In this document: positions 1-28,500 of the stretch, in pieces | How the letters are laid out: each line of letters opens with the position of its first letter | Position numbering within the stretch: position 1 is the first letter of the stretch | Origin: the human T2T-CHM13v2.0 reference genome, Homo sapiens | Reading direction: 5' to 3' (one strand) | Length of the DNA: 64,000 nucleotides | NCBI RefSeq assembly: GCF_009914755.1 | Contig: NC_060933.1 | Position numbers and translations under genes: made by a program | Notes under the pieces: model-generated | Database searches by the model: none | The model's input: the letters and a program-made list of their open reading frames with translations, nothing else | Told to the model about the DNA's origin: nothing

Positions 1-644
1 GAATTACAGCTCCTATCAGTTTGGATGTCCCTGGTACTTGTAGAAAAATAAGGATTACAGTAGACTTCATTTGGCTGAAGTCTTTGAGTTGCAGGATTCA
101 TAAGCCTGTTCTATAGGAGCCACTTTCCTCATTTTCAGTTTTCTCAGGTTTTTTTTAAAATTTTTTTATTTAGAAATTTTTTTAGAGACTAAGTCTTGCT
201 CTTTTGCCCAGGATGGAGTGCAGTGGTAAAATCATAGCTCACTGTAGCTTCAAGCTCCTGGGCTCAAGCAATTCTCCTGAGTCAGCATCTTGAATAGCTG
301 GGATTACAGGTGAGAACCAGTGCACTCGGCCAGCTGATAATTTTAACTCCTTGCTAAATGTTGCAAAGCCATATGACTGTGAATACATTGCTAGGATCTT
401 TGAAGAGTCTCCAGGCAAGTGAGGGGCCCTAAATCATAAGCTCCATCAGCTTCATGGATCTCAGTATTATTATTTCTGAGCCTGCCAGTGGGGGCCAGTG
501 TAGGACCACCAATGACCCAGAACATGGACTGTGGCTATGACGGGAACAAATTAATTGCTCCAAAGTGAAAAGTATTTTTTTAAGGAATACTTTCTACCAC
601 CTGGGTCTTACTGGATTTTTTTGCTTGCAGGATTCCTAGAGCTC

Positions 645-1170
645 TAACCTGGGAAACACAGCAAAACCTCATCTCTACAAAAAATAAAAAAGTTAGCCAG
701 GCATGGTGGTGCGTGCATATGATCCCAGGTACTCAGGAGGCTGAGGCAGGAGGATTGCTTGAGCCCTGCCCAGAAAGTAGAGGTTGCAGTGGGCTGTGAT
801 TACATCACTGCACTCTAGCCTGGGTGACAGAGAGAGACCCTGTCTCAGAATTAAAAAAAAAAAAAAAAAGCTGGGTGTGGTGGTTCCTGCCTGTAATCCC
901 AGCACTTTAGGAGGACGAGGCAGGAAGATTACTTGAGTCCAGGAGTTTGAGACCAGCCTGGGCAACACAGTGAGATCTTGTCTGTATAAAAAATAAAAAA
1001 ATTAGCCAGGCACAGTGAAGGGACTTCGCATGTGTGAAGTTCCAGGTACTCTGGAGGCTGAAGTGGGAGGATGGCTTGAGCCAGGGAGGTTGAGGCTGCA
1101 GTAAGCAGTGATGGTGTCACTGAGCTTTAGCCTGGGTGAAAGAGCGAGATCCTGTCTCAAAAAGTAAATA
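645..1170 (+). mobile_element. Two tandem AluJ-type elements
   Basis: Alu arms, mid-A linker and A tails; J-type GGATTGCTTGAGCCC. Confidence 0.85.
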
Positions 1171-1357
1171 AACGATGAAAACTATTTGAGTTTTTTAATG
1201 GTAAAATTATGATTTCTATTCATGTTATTGCTGTATTTACTTACTGCCTAGTTTATAATTTGCTTGACTCTTCCAGATGTGGCCCTAATCTTTCCACAGT
1301 CAAGCGTGTACTACTATTTCACAGCATTTTCCTTTCCAAACTGTGTGCCAAATAAAT

Positions 1358-1711
1358 CGGGGTCTCCAACCCCAGAGCCGTGAACTGGTACCCGTCTGTG
1401 GCTTGTTAGGAATGGAGCAGCACAGGATGAAGTGAGTGGTGGGTAAGTGAGCATTACCACCTGAGCTCTGCCTCCTGTCAGATCAGCAATGGCATTAGAT
1501 TATCATAGGAGTGCGAACCCTATTGTGAACTGCGTATGCAAGGGGTCTAGGTTGTCCACTCCTTATGGGAATCTAATGCCTAATTATCTGAGGTGTAACA
1601 ATTTCATCCCGAAACCATCCCCCCGACCTCCTCCACCCCCTACCACCATTTCCTGGAAAAACTGTCTTCCACAAAACCAGTCCCTGGTGCCAAAAAGGTT
1701 AGGGACTGCTG
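1358..1711 (+). mobile_element. MER1B hAT-Charlie DNA transposon
   Basis: Termini CGGGGTCTCCAACC...GGTTAGGGACTGCTG; internal CTGAGCTCTGCCTCCTGTCAGATCAGC; 8-bp TSD AAATAAAT/AAATAAAA. Confidence 0.85.
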
Positions 1712-1894
1712 AAATAAAATCATGTCATAGGTGAAGTCCTTGTTTCTTCCCTTTTGTCTTCCTCTTTCTCTGTAATCTTTATTTCTTATGGCCTGTTTTT
1801 CTTTCTGGTATGGTTTGGTCTCACTTAACTCTCATATTTCTTTCTTAAGTGTAGATGTATTGTAACTTAAACAATGTTACTTTTTGGTCTTGAT

Positions 1895-2815
<921 letters not shown>

Positions 2816-3870
2816 ATGTAGACAAATTATTACATTCTAGGCAGTACGCCCAGTGGTGAATAAGATGGAGTCTGCGCCCTCAGGGACTATGTGTTGGTTT
2901 AAATTTTCGCCTCAAGTTAACATTTGTGATTCAATATAAGTGATGAAGTTTGGGGGCCTTTGAGGGACCTGGGGATAAAGTGTTTTTTTGTCCAGAAATA
3001 CTTGCCAGAGGCCCCTTAAATCACTTGGCCATAGCATCTGCTTTCTTGGCTTACTTCTAAGACTGGCTGTGTACACATAGAAGGAAAAAGAACATTAAAA
3101 AAATGTTTTGCGATTCTAAGGCAGAGTAGTTTAATAGAGTATGGAGTTGGGAGGCTGAAGAACTAAACTCTACACAAGGTCCAGTATGAATTTTGTGACT
3201 ATGAACAAGTAACTTCATATCCTTCTATGTCAGGGAAGACTGAGTTGTGTATGGAAAGAAAGGGGCTTTGGACAGAGTTTACTGTGTATTCATCCATTCA
3301 TTTAAAAAACAAAAAACAAACATTACATTCTAGGCAGTATGCCAGGTTCTAGGGAGACAGTGATCTGCCCTCAGTGAGTACTACTTATTGATTTTGAGCA
3401 AATTTTCACCTCTTGAGTTTACTTTCCCATTTGTAAAAGGGATGAAAATAATACCTATTCCATATTTCCCAAGAATCACTGTTGTAGTGATCCATAGTTC
3501 TAGCAGGAGATTTGAATTCCTTGAGTGTGCCGACTGGAAAAAAAAAAGAAAATTGCTTGTTAGTTCAAGTTCTTCATTTGTAGGTGACAGAACAGGGCTC
3601 AGAAGATTAACTGACCATTCTAGTTCCTTTTTTACTTCTCACATGCAATGCAGCTTCCCTGAAGATTCTTTTGCAACTTTTGGGGCCTCTCCTTCCCTTC
3701 CTCCCTGGCCTGGGTGCTCCAGCCTACCCAGACGCAGTGTTCCAGAGCCCACTGTGAATGTGGTTTTGCTAAGGCTGAGTTCTTCCTTAGCAGTCCACGA
3801 ATGCCATCTCTTGTCTTGAAATCCAGCCATCCAGTAACTCCTAACTGTCACCTCTTCCATAAGGTCATGA

Positions 3871-4813
<943 letters not shown>

Positions 4814-4984
4814 TAGATAGAAAGCAGTTTGGGAGTTGATTGACATTTGAAATAGCTGGGGAAATGATTATTACTTTTTTCCTTTTTTTGCCTGGAGACT
4901 CCCAGTATTGGAGGATATAATCATTGTTCTCAATTTTTTGAAGATCTGTCAAGTGGAAGACATTCTGTATTGCTCCAGGCAGCC

Positions 4985-5240
4985 TAACTACCAGCAATGG
5001 AAGGAAATAAAGGGAAACAGATTTCAGCTCAGCAGGAGGCAGAACTTTCTAACATTTAGAGCTGTCCAACAGTGGAGCAGGCTGCATTACTTGAGGGAGT
5101 GAGCTCCCTGAAATTTGAACTGTTGAACAGGAAGATGACCATCTGGCTGAATGTACAGGAGGGAATTCCTGCCTGGGCAACAGTTGCACTAGTGACCTTT
5201 AAGCAGGTATCTTCCAATTTTAAGGTTTCTAGACTGTTCA
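4985..5240 (+). mobile_element. L3/CR1 LINE 3' fragment
   Basis: AACAGATTTCAGCTC..AGAACTTTCTAAC..AGAGCTGTCCAACAGTGGA..GTGAGCTCCCTG..TGACCTTTAAG..TTCCAA, typical of a CR1 3' end. Confidence 0.7.
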
Positions 5241-5450
5241 ACTCAGCTAACTTGACCTCTGAATATATGAGTTATGGTGTTACAAAAATTATTAGACAGT
5301 TCATTTATTGACTTACCTAAAATAACTGCATGGTGAAGTTTATGATAAGCAAGATTTTAGAAACTGAGAAGTGGGAAGGCAGGTTTTACACTGAAAATCC
5401 AGATACCATCCAAACCAATTAATGGCACTTAGAACAAAAGGGAAGGGAGG

Positions 5451-5883
<433 letters not shown>

Positions 5884-5929
5884 TTACACATACTTGCTCA
5901 GTCGGATTCTTCACGTCCAGCATTACTGC

Positions 5930-6620
5930 AGGCGGAAACCAGGGCCCAGGCCTGGTGAACAGCCTTCCGGAAGACGATTCCGGACCCGGACACCCACGAC
6001 AGCCTCAGGGGGCAGCTGACCTAGGGCTGCCTAAGGCGGAAGTGGGAGCCCCTAGCCGCCCGGGCGGAACTACAGCTCCCAGGGGCCCCCGCGGCGCTGC
6101 GCACGCGCGCTGGCGTGGCGGCAGCGCCGCTGCAGGACGCAGGGAAGCCAACAGGCGAGTGGCGAAGGTGGCGGCAGCGGCGGCGGGGGCAGTCACCGGC
6201 TAGGGCGACGGCTCCGAGGCCGAGTGGCGGTCCGACAGAGTCCTCCGTGTCCTCCCCCGCATGACCCCCTTGGTGAGTACGCGTCCCGATTTAGTCCGCG
6301 GGCTGTGAGCGGCTCCCTGCCTCGCGGCCGGTTTGCTCCGGCCTAGGGCCGCAGCCTGTCTCTGACTGCCCGGCCGTCAGGTCCAACTGACCCCGGGGTC
6401 CTGGGCTCTTCCCGTCAGTGTCGGGCGAGGTGGGGGTCGGGGGACACTGGGTTAGACCCAGGGGAGAGATGTGGCGGCGCACAGGAGCCAGGGCGGCCTG
6501 GGGCTGAGGAGAGGGAGAGACGCGTGGGGGATGGGATGGGAAGGGACAGGAGGACCGCGGGGCGGCCTCGGGTGGGGGCCAGAGACGAGAGGCCCGGCAG
6601 GTAGGGAACTGAGTATAGGA
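5930..6620 (+). promoter_or_regulatory. GAPVD1: CpG-island, TATA-less promoter of GAPVD1
   Basis: The only non-Alu CpG/GC-rich stretch. Motifs: palindromic ETS CTTCCGGAAG 5964-5973, ETS/GABPA CGGAAGTG 6037-6044, GC box GGGCGG 6062-6067, ZNF143/THAP11-type ACTACAGCTCCCA 6069-6081, NRF1 TGCGCACGCGCG 6098-6109. Confidence 0.9.
6150..6272 (+). other. GAPVD1: GAPVD1 exon 1 (5'UTR; start approximate)
   Basis: Lies in the CpG island just downstream of the motif cluster and ends at a strong donor TTG|GTGAGT (GT at 6273). Confidence 0.8.
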
Positions 6621-7022
6621 GGCGAGAACGAAATGGAATGTCTTCTGAGTGTCGCTGATAAAGATATCGTGCTGCAGGGAAGCTTGACAAGCTGGACACA
6701 CGGGTCTGGGGGCAGCCCACCTAACACAGACACTCACTGTACTTGGCATCTTTCCACTTGCTGTCGGAGGTCTGAAAGTGAGGGAGCTGTTGGTTGTTTC
6801 CATCCCTTTTCTTTTAACTTCACCTTTTATTGACTGGCAAAATTGTAGTGAGTGCTGGCTAGGCAAACCACAGAAGTACACCCAGGGTTCTGTGTATAAA
6901 TGTGCATAAAAACAGGGAGACATAGTGATAGGTTCAGATGAGAACTAGGTCAAAGGAGGAATCAGTGTTTTTATTTTTAAATTTATGACGAAAATCAGTT
7001 CTGAGCAGGACTTTGAACTAGA

Positions 7023-7814
<792 letters not shown>

Positions 7815-7836
7815 TTATAAGTCTACTTAGAAGAAC

Positions 7837-17444
<9,608 letters not shown>

Positions 17445-18609
17445 AAAAATACATTAATTCTTTATGCAGAGATGATTTCATCTTTACTAACTCCTTTGGA
17501 ACCCGAGGAATCTAACTTTGATTCCTCTAAAACAAAGTCCTTTTAATATCTAACTATTGCAGGTTGTGATAGGCCAACTTGGATTCTGACAAAGTAACTT
17601 CTTATTAAGGCCTCTCTATGAATAAGTTTCTGTTCCTTAGTTTGAAAACATTACCATGATAATAGTAATGGTAATAGCTGACATTTATTGGATTCGTTCT
17701 CTTTTTCTTAGGCATTATGCACATTATTTGAAATTATGAATTCCATAATTCTATAGAGACATCTTAATGATTGATTTCTTTTTGAAAACCTATTTTAACA
17801 AACTGGATAATATTGTTGACTAGGAGGTTTCTTTTGGGTAGAACCACAGTAATGATGGTAACGCTGTTTGGAGTTTGATAATGAATATGTATACTTTTTA
17901 TGAAACACCACTCTGGTAAATGTGATGAAATGTACATGACAGCCCTCTGTTTACATTCTTTAATTTTGAGGGTGGACTCTTGGATCTTGAAACAGGCTTT
18001 ACCAGTATTACAGCTCAGCAAAAATGCAGCTGAGGCTCAAAGTTCTCTTTCTGCTCCTTCATTCGGTTGTTTTGTGTACCCGCTGTATTTATGGAAGCAG
18101 CTTAGTTTATCCAGGGAACCAAAGCTTCCTCAAAGCATGGGGGTTGTGAAAACTTCCTCTAAGTTTACAGTGTTCTAAGGATTTTAGATTGTTCTTAGTT
18201 ACTTGGTTTATCTTGATCTCCAGATTTATATATATCTTACTGAGTTGTCATTAGAGATTGTTAAATTAGATTTGGTGGTATTTAATTTCACAATCATACA
18301 ATTAATGGAGGTTTATCTAATTGTGAAAGTTCCAGATAGGCACCCATTTCTAGATTGGTTGGATACTTCTATGTTATTTGCTTCCTCTGGGAAATAATGG
18401 GGTATAATTTTAATGCCATTGCAGTTCTGCTTATTAGTGTGCAGCTTGTTATTGTTGAACTATGTCTTATTTTGAAGTTTAGTACTATGCCCTTTTTGTG
18501 GCACTTAAAAATTTTCTCATTTTTACAGAATTTGTCTTGTCTTGAGTGTTTCAGTAATTGCACTAGTAGGTCTTCAGCAGGGAAGAGCTTGGTGCCAAAT
18601 TTTTATTGT

Positions 18610-19041
18610 TTTTCTTTTCTTTTTTTTTTTTTTTAATTCTTCAGCTAAGACTGCAGAAGAGGTGATTTATTGTATGGATGTTATACTTGGCCACAAGGAA
18701 ACACAGAAATAGTGCAGAATGTCACAGGTCCAGGGCAGAGGACCAACATGGGCAGTTTTTGTTATGAGCGAGGTGGGTCTCAGGTGATCGGTGATCAGAG
18801 GGCGATGAAGTTCTAGATCCATTGAGACAAGCTCTAGACAGTAGCATGCAGTCCCACAACTTGTACCAGCATCCCCAGCATCTGGCATTCCATGTTTCTG
18901 CTCCTGTGGCCTCCACGGTGCAACAAGCTAGTGGTTTTCTTGGACCTCTGCCTTATCTTTCTTCTTTTGCGTATTCACTTCTTCCTCCACTTGGCTGTCA
19001 TGGCACAGAGGTTTCCAAGAAAATGGCGCTAAGGCTGAGAG
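18610..19041 (-). pseudogene. RPL41: RPL41 processed pseudogene
   Basis: Minus strand reads CCTTAGCGCCATTTT..GGAAACCTCTGTGCC ATG(19001) ACA GCC AAG TGG AGG AAG AAG TGA, i.e. MRAKWRKKR with a premature stop at 18975-18977. It has a 12-nt deletion, the RPL41 3'UTR, AATAAA and a poly(A) tail. Confidence 0.93.
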
Positions 19042-19081
19042 CTCTTTTCTTTTTTTTAAAAAAAAATTACTAAAGTAATAA

Positions 19082-19359
<278 letters not shown>

Positions 19360-19528
19360 TGAACTCCTGACCTAAAGTGATCTGCCGGCTTCGGCCTCTC
19401 AAAGTGTTGGGATTACAGGTGTGAGCCACTATCCCGGGCCTGTTCTTTGTTTTTTTAAAAAAAACTAAAAACAATGGAAAAAAAATGAAGGGTTTTCTTT
19501 CTCACATATGCATGCACTTACCATTTGA

Positions 19529-19859
<331 letters not shown>

Positions 19860-19899
19860 TAGGCGTGAGCCACTGTGCCTGGCCGCTTTATTCATTTTA

Positions 19900-20085
19900 A
19901 TTCATTTAACTTTCAAAAGCCTGTGAACATACCCTATGAAGTAGGTTCTGGTGTATGTGTTTGCAGATGAAGAAACTGAGTCATAGAGAAGTAAAGTAAC
20001 TAGCCAAAGATTGCACAGCTAGGGAGTGGCAAACCTGAGACTTGAGCCCAGGTACTCTTGCTCCAGCGTTTAACTCCTAGACTGC
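19900..20085 (-). mobile_element. MIR SINE
   Basis: Core TTTGCAGATGAAGAAACTGAGTCATAGAGAAGTAAAGTAACTAGCCAAAGATTGCACAGCTAG. Confidence 0.75.
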
Positions 20086-20226
20086 CTCTGGGATCTTAGG
20101 CATATTGTTCTGCAGTTTGCTCTTTTCGCTTAATGATGTCTGATGGACATCTTTCTTTTTTGTTGTTGTTGCTGTTTTTCGTTTTAATTTTTTTCAATTT
20201 TTAAATTAAAAAAAATTTTTCTTTGA

Positions 20227-20559
<333 letters not shown>

Positions 20560-20582
20560 TAACTTAATGCCTTTCAAACTTA

Positions 20583-20846
<264 letters not shown>

Positions 20847-21592
20847 CTAGCCTGGGGGACAGAGCGAGACTCTTTCTCAAAAGAAAAAATAAAAAGACAA
20901 TCTTGTTTAACATTGCCAATTTCATTAGTAATGATTTCAAGTTATATAAAAAGTCAAGGTTTTTGAATTGGAATAGTCATGGAACATTAGTATTTCCTAA
21001 GTAATGCATATTAGCTATTCATGTGTATTGATATTGTCTCAGTTGAGTTGTATAATAAAATCCGAGCTTAACCCACAAACCATTTATTACGAATGAGTTT
21101 AATTATTTTTGTAGTTATTCTGTCTTCTTTAGCTCTGGAAAATTAGTGTATTGAGGGTAAAATCAATAATCTGTTTGGATTTCGTTTACTTTTGACATCT
21201 TCCAGAATTCTGTTGTCGTCACAAGAAGTCTGTTGTGTTGATTTGAACTGTGAATACTATCTGACATTATATTACCTGTATTTTCAAAGTAATTTGCCTT
21301 TCAATTCCTTGTACTTGTGCCAGGCAGCGTTAGTTGGTAGTAAGCCCATTCTTTTTTCTACAATGTTTCACTCTTGCTTCAAATATACCAACTATTCTGT
21401 AGGCCAGAGTTCAAAACAAAACAAAACATACGAAAAACCAAATAATACTGACTAAAGATACTAAAATGTCACTTGTTTCAAATTTTTTCTCATTTAATAT
21501 TTACTGCCTAATTTTGAAGAAATATCTTTCCAGTCTTTAATAAAAATGTTACACCTGTAATCCCAGCACTTTGGGATTACACAGGCGGATCA

Positions 21593-21867
<275 letters not shown>

Positions 21868-22956
21868 CTAAATTTAGTTGCAGGTTTTTTTGTTTTGTTT
21901 TGAGACAGGGCCTCGCTCTTGCCTGAGATGAAGAGCAGTGGGACCATCATAGCTCACAGCAGCCTCAAACTCATGGGCTCAAGCAGTGTTCTCATATCAG
22001 CCTCCTGAGAACCTAGGACTACAGGTGCATGCCACCACGCCTAGCTAATTTTCTAAATTTTTTTTTCGTAAATATGGAGTCTCCCTATGTTGTCCAGGCT
22101 GGTCTTTTGAATTCCTGGCCTCAGGCGATCCTCCCACTTTGGCCTCCCAAAGTGCTGTGATTATAGGTGTGAGCTACCATGCCCAGCCTTAATTACAGTT
22201 TTCTAATAATGTTTTCTAATAATTTTGGAACTAAGTAGCAGCTTGACTGATTCCTAATTGGAGCATTGCTCTTTATCAGTCAGTCATTTTTAAAATTAAT
22301 TATAAATTCAAACATTCATTCAGCACCTGCTAAATGCCAGTCACTGTGCTAAGTAATGGGGATACCGGCATGACAATGTCCTTACTTCAGGGAACTTGGA
22401 GTTTTGTTGTAAAAACAACATTTTGTTGCAGACAATGTAAAGTGCTGTGGGAGAGATGAACCCAAATGAGGAAATATCTGAGTCAAGGGACTGTACTTGG
22501 TTTGAGCTACACCCTGATACCTAAGTGTGATTTAACTGGCCAATGAAAGGAGTGGACACAGGGCTCTAAAAACAGAATGTATAGAAGTGTAGTTTGTGAA
22601 AACTAGTAGAAATTGTCACTGGAAAGTCATGTATCCCTAATATATTGTGTATCCTTCAGTATCCCTAAGGTAATATGCCCTCCATCAAGATCAGACCTTG
22701 CCTGTCTTGTTCATCAGTGCTTAGCACATAGGAGGTATTTAATAATTAACATCTGTTGAATGAATGAGTGAAGGAAGTGTGTTAAGTAAAGCATACTATG
22801 CTTGTCTGTTTTTTTTTTTTTTTTGAGACAGGGTCTTGCTTTGTCTCCTAGGCTGGAGTACAGCTTACTGCAGCCTTGACCTCCCAGGCTCAAGCAGTCC
22901 TCCTACCTCAGCCTCCCAAGTACCTGGGACTTCAGGTGCATGCCACACCCAGCTAA

Positions 22957-23085
<129 letters not shown>

Positions 23086-23411
23086 TGAACTTGTCAATTT
23101 TTTGGAACGAGAATGAACCCATTATTTTAGTATATTATTAATGCCTGACAATTTTTAGATCATGTAATTTCACAAAACATAAAATGAGCAAGAAACTGCT
23201 CCTGCACTGAAGGGAGTAAGTTCTGTAAGGAGAAGTAAATGTAAATAAATCGTCGTGATTCAACATGATATTTGTAAAAAATATTTGCAAGAGACACTCA
23301 TCTATTGTATGGATTGGTTAAGTCCCTGAAAAGTGGTGGATAATTTAAAATGCTCACATTAGGCTGGGTGCGGTGGCTTATGGCTGTAATCCCAGCACTT
23401 TGGGAGGCCTA

Positions 23412-23672
<261 letters not shown>

Positions 23673-24228
23673 TTAGGCCAGGCAAGGTGGTTCATGCCTG
23701 TAATCCCAGCACTTTGGGAGGCCGAGGCAGAAAGATTGCTTGAGCTCAGGAGTTCGAGACCAGTCTGGGCAATGTGGTGAAACCTCATCTCTACACAAAA
23801 TACAAACATTAGCTGGATGCGGTAGTACATGCTTGTAGTCCCAGCTGCTTGGGAGGCTGAAGTGGGAAGATTTCTTGAGCTTGGGACATCAAGGCTGCAG
23901 TGAGCCATTATCATGCCACAGTACTCCAGCCTGGGTGACAGAGCAAGATGCTGTCTGGAAAAAAAAAAACAACAAAACTCACATTAAAATTATTTGATTG
24001 ATAAAATGCAAGGGATAACATTATAGCAGGTCATTTTAAAAATGGCAGTCATGGCTGGGCACAGTGACTCATGCCTGTAATCCTAGCACTTTGGGAGGCC
24101 CAGGAGGGCAGATCATCTGAGGTCAGGAGTTTGAGACCAGCCTGGCCAATATGGTGAAACCCCGTATCTACTGAAAATACAGAAATTAGCCAGGTGTGGT
24201 GGTGGGTGCCTGTAATCCCAGCTACTCA

Positions 24229-24330
<102 letters not shown>

Positions 24331-24404
24331 TTAAAAAAAAAAAAAAAAGACAGTCATGTACTCTTTTGCCCTATTACATTAATGTGAATATTACATAAAT
24401 ACTA

Positions 24405-24691
<287 letters not shown>

Positions 24692-24886
24692 TCAAAAAAA
24701 AAAAAAAAAATTAAAAATCAAAAATAAAAAAAAAACACTGAGGAAAAGTATGTGCACAATAAAAAAAAATAGTTCTGCCAAAGTGTAGGCATCGGTATAT
24801 AAAAATCTTTCCCATACATAATCTTCAGATAACATCATGGTTTTTCCCAAATGTGCTTACTATTTGAACTATTATTTATTCAGTGA

Positions 24887-25614
<728 letters not shown>

Positions 25615-25668
25615 TTATTACTGTTTTTATTTCCTAAGCACCCTTATTCTTTACTGCTGATCAGTTAA

Positions 25669-25902
<234 letters not shown>

Positions 25903-26574
25903 TAGCCAGGATGGTGTCGATCTCCTGACCTTGTGATCCGCCTGTCTCGGCCTTCCAAAGTGCTGGGATTACAGGCGTGAGTCAACGTGCCCAGCCAACT
26001 GTTACTACTTCTAATAACCTAAAAAAAGATTTGCTATTAGGTGGAAGTCAATATAAAAAGTAGCTTTTCTTAAACTATTCTGGCTGGAAAATATATTTCC
26101 TTTGCTTCGATTGATCAGAAATTAGTGCAAATGTAATATAGCTATGGAAATTTTGTTTCATGAAGTTTCTGTGTTTCATTTGTGATCACAGTGAACTGAA
26201 AGAAAAAATATTTTTAGTGTGATAAACACCATAATGTGTTAACAGATGTTAATGGGTTCTGGAATGTCATATGGGAGCCGTTCCCTTTTCTAGGCCGTGG
26301 TGGTTAGAGATTGTGATAATTACAGTGTTCGAATACTGCTCTCAAGTTTGTATAATTTTTTTTACTGAAAAAAGTTGCTAACTCAGATACTTGAATTTAG
26401 AAGTATATTATTTGTTTAATTTAAAAGGTAGACTTAAATTTTTTTTATTTTTGTAGAGAACAGTCTTGCTATATTGTTCAGGCTGGTTATGAACTCCTGA
26501 CCTCAAGCAGTCCTCCTGCCTCAGCCTCCCAAAGTGCTGGGATCACAGGTGGGAGCCACTGTGCCCAACCTAGA

Positions 26575-26845
26575 GTTTATTTTTTAGATCAATTTTAGCT
26601 TTACAGAAAAATTGAGATGATGGTACAGAGACAGCATCAAGATCAAGTCTTCATATTATTAACATCTTATATTAGCATAGTACATTTGTTTCAATTATGA
26701 CAGTTTGTTACAATATTGTGAACTAATATTGATACATTATCATTAAATAAGGTTCATACTTTGTTCCAATTTCCTCAGTTTTTACCTAGTGTCCTTTTTC
26801 TGTTCAGGATCCCATTCAGCATACTATATTACATTTAGATGTTAT
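26575..26845 (-). mobile_element. Old L1 (L1MC/MD-type) 3' fragment
   Basis: TTTACAGAAAAATTGAG..GTACAGAG..ATATTGATACATTAT..TTCCTCAGTTTTTACCTAGTGTCCTTTTTCTGTTCAGGATCCCAT. Confidence 0.6.
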
Positions 26846-27183
26846 TGTGTAATTTTTAATTAGATTGTCTTGAATTAGATACATTAATGTATGTGTGTGG
26901 ATGAAGCACACTATATTACTCATAATGCTCTTAAAGATAATTGGCTTTTTTTTTTTGATGGAGTCTCGCTCTGTCACCCAGGCTGGAATACAGTGGTGGG
27001 ATCTGGGCTCACTGCAATCTCTGCCTCCTCGCTGGTTCAAGCGATTCTTCTGCCTCAGCCTCCCAAGTAGCTGGGATTACAATAGGCACCTGCCGCTACA
27101 CCTGGCTAATTTTTAAAAAATTTTAATTTTAGTGGCTCATGCCTGTAATCCCAACACTTTGGAACGCCAAGGTGGGCGGATCA

Positions 27184-27423
<240 letters not shown>

Positions 27424-27427
27424 TTAA

Positions 27428-27676
<249 letters not shown>

Positions 27677-27799
27677 TGATGAAAAGGTCATTTTGGTCAA
27701 TTTTGTTATGTGATGGATATGGCGTCTTGTCTCATTGCCCCTAGGAAATGATAAAAAGTTACCCTACCTTTTAATTGATAAGAATAATGATATCCTACA

Positions 27800-27985
27800 C
27801 TCTGCAGCAATTTATACTTTAGTTATCTTACAGTATACCATCTGAGATAGATAAGGGCATCATCCCAATTTTGAAGATGAGGAAATAAACTTTGGTGAAG
27901 TGCCTAGCCACAAGTCACGTTGCCAATAGGTGTCAGAGTTCAGTCTTAAATTCATCAGATCTTCTGATTCCAGTTTTAGTATTCT
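27800..27985 (-). mobile_element. MIR SINE
   Basis: CATCCCAATTTTGAAGATGAGGAAATAAAC..GGTGAAGTGCCTAGCCACAAGTCAC core. Confidence 0.65.
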
Positions 27986-28125
27986 TTCGCCTATGTTAAT
28001 TAAAATAGTCTTTGTAGAAATTAAGAAAGTAGGAAATGGTCTTTTTTTAATGACTTTCTAACAACATTATTTCTGAAATTATTGGGTTAATAAAGAGGTG
28101 ATTCATTTGTTTACCTGAATTCTAG

Positions 28126-28500
<375 letters not shown>

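Noticed and set aside
5955-6923. Overlapping GC-rich ORFs (up to 210 aa) at the promoter
   Set aside because: Stop-codon depletion is expected in a CpG island; the peptides are low-complexity Pro/Arg/Gly with no recognisable domain.
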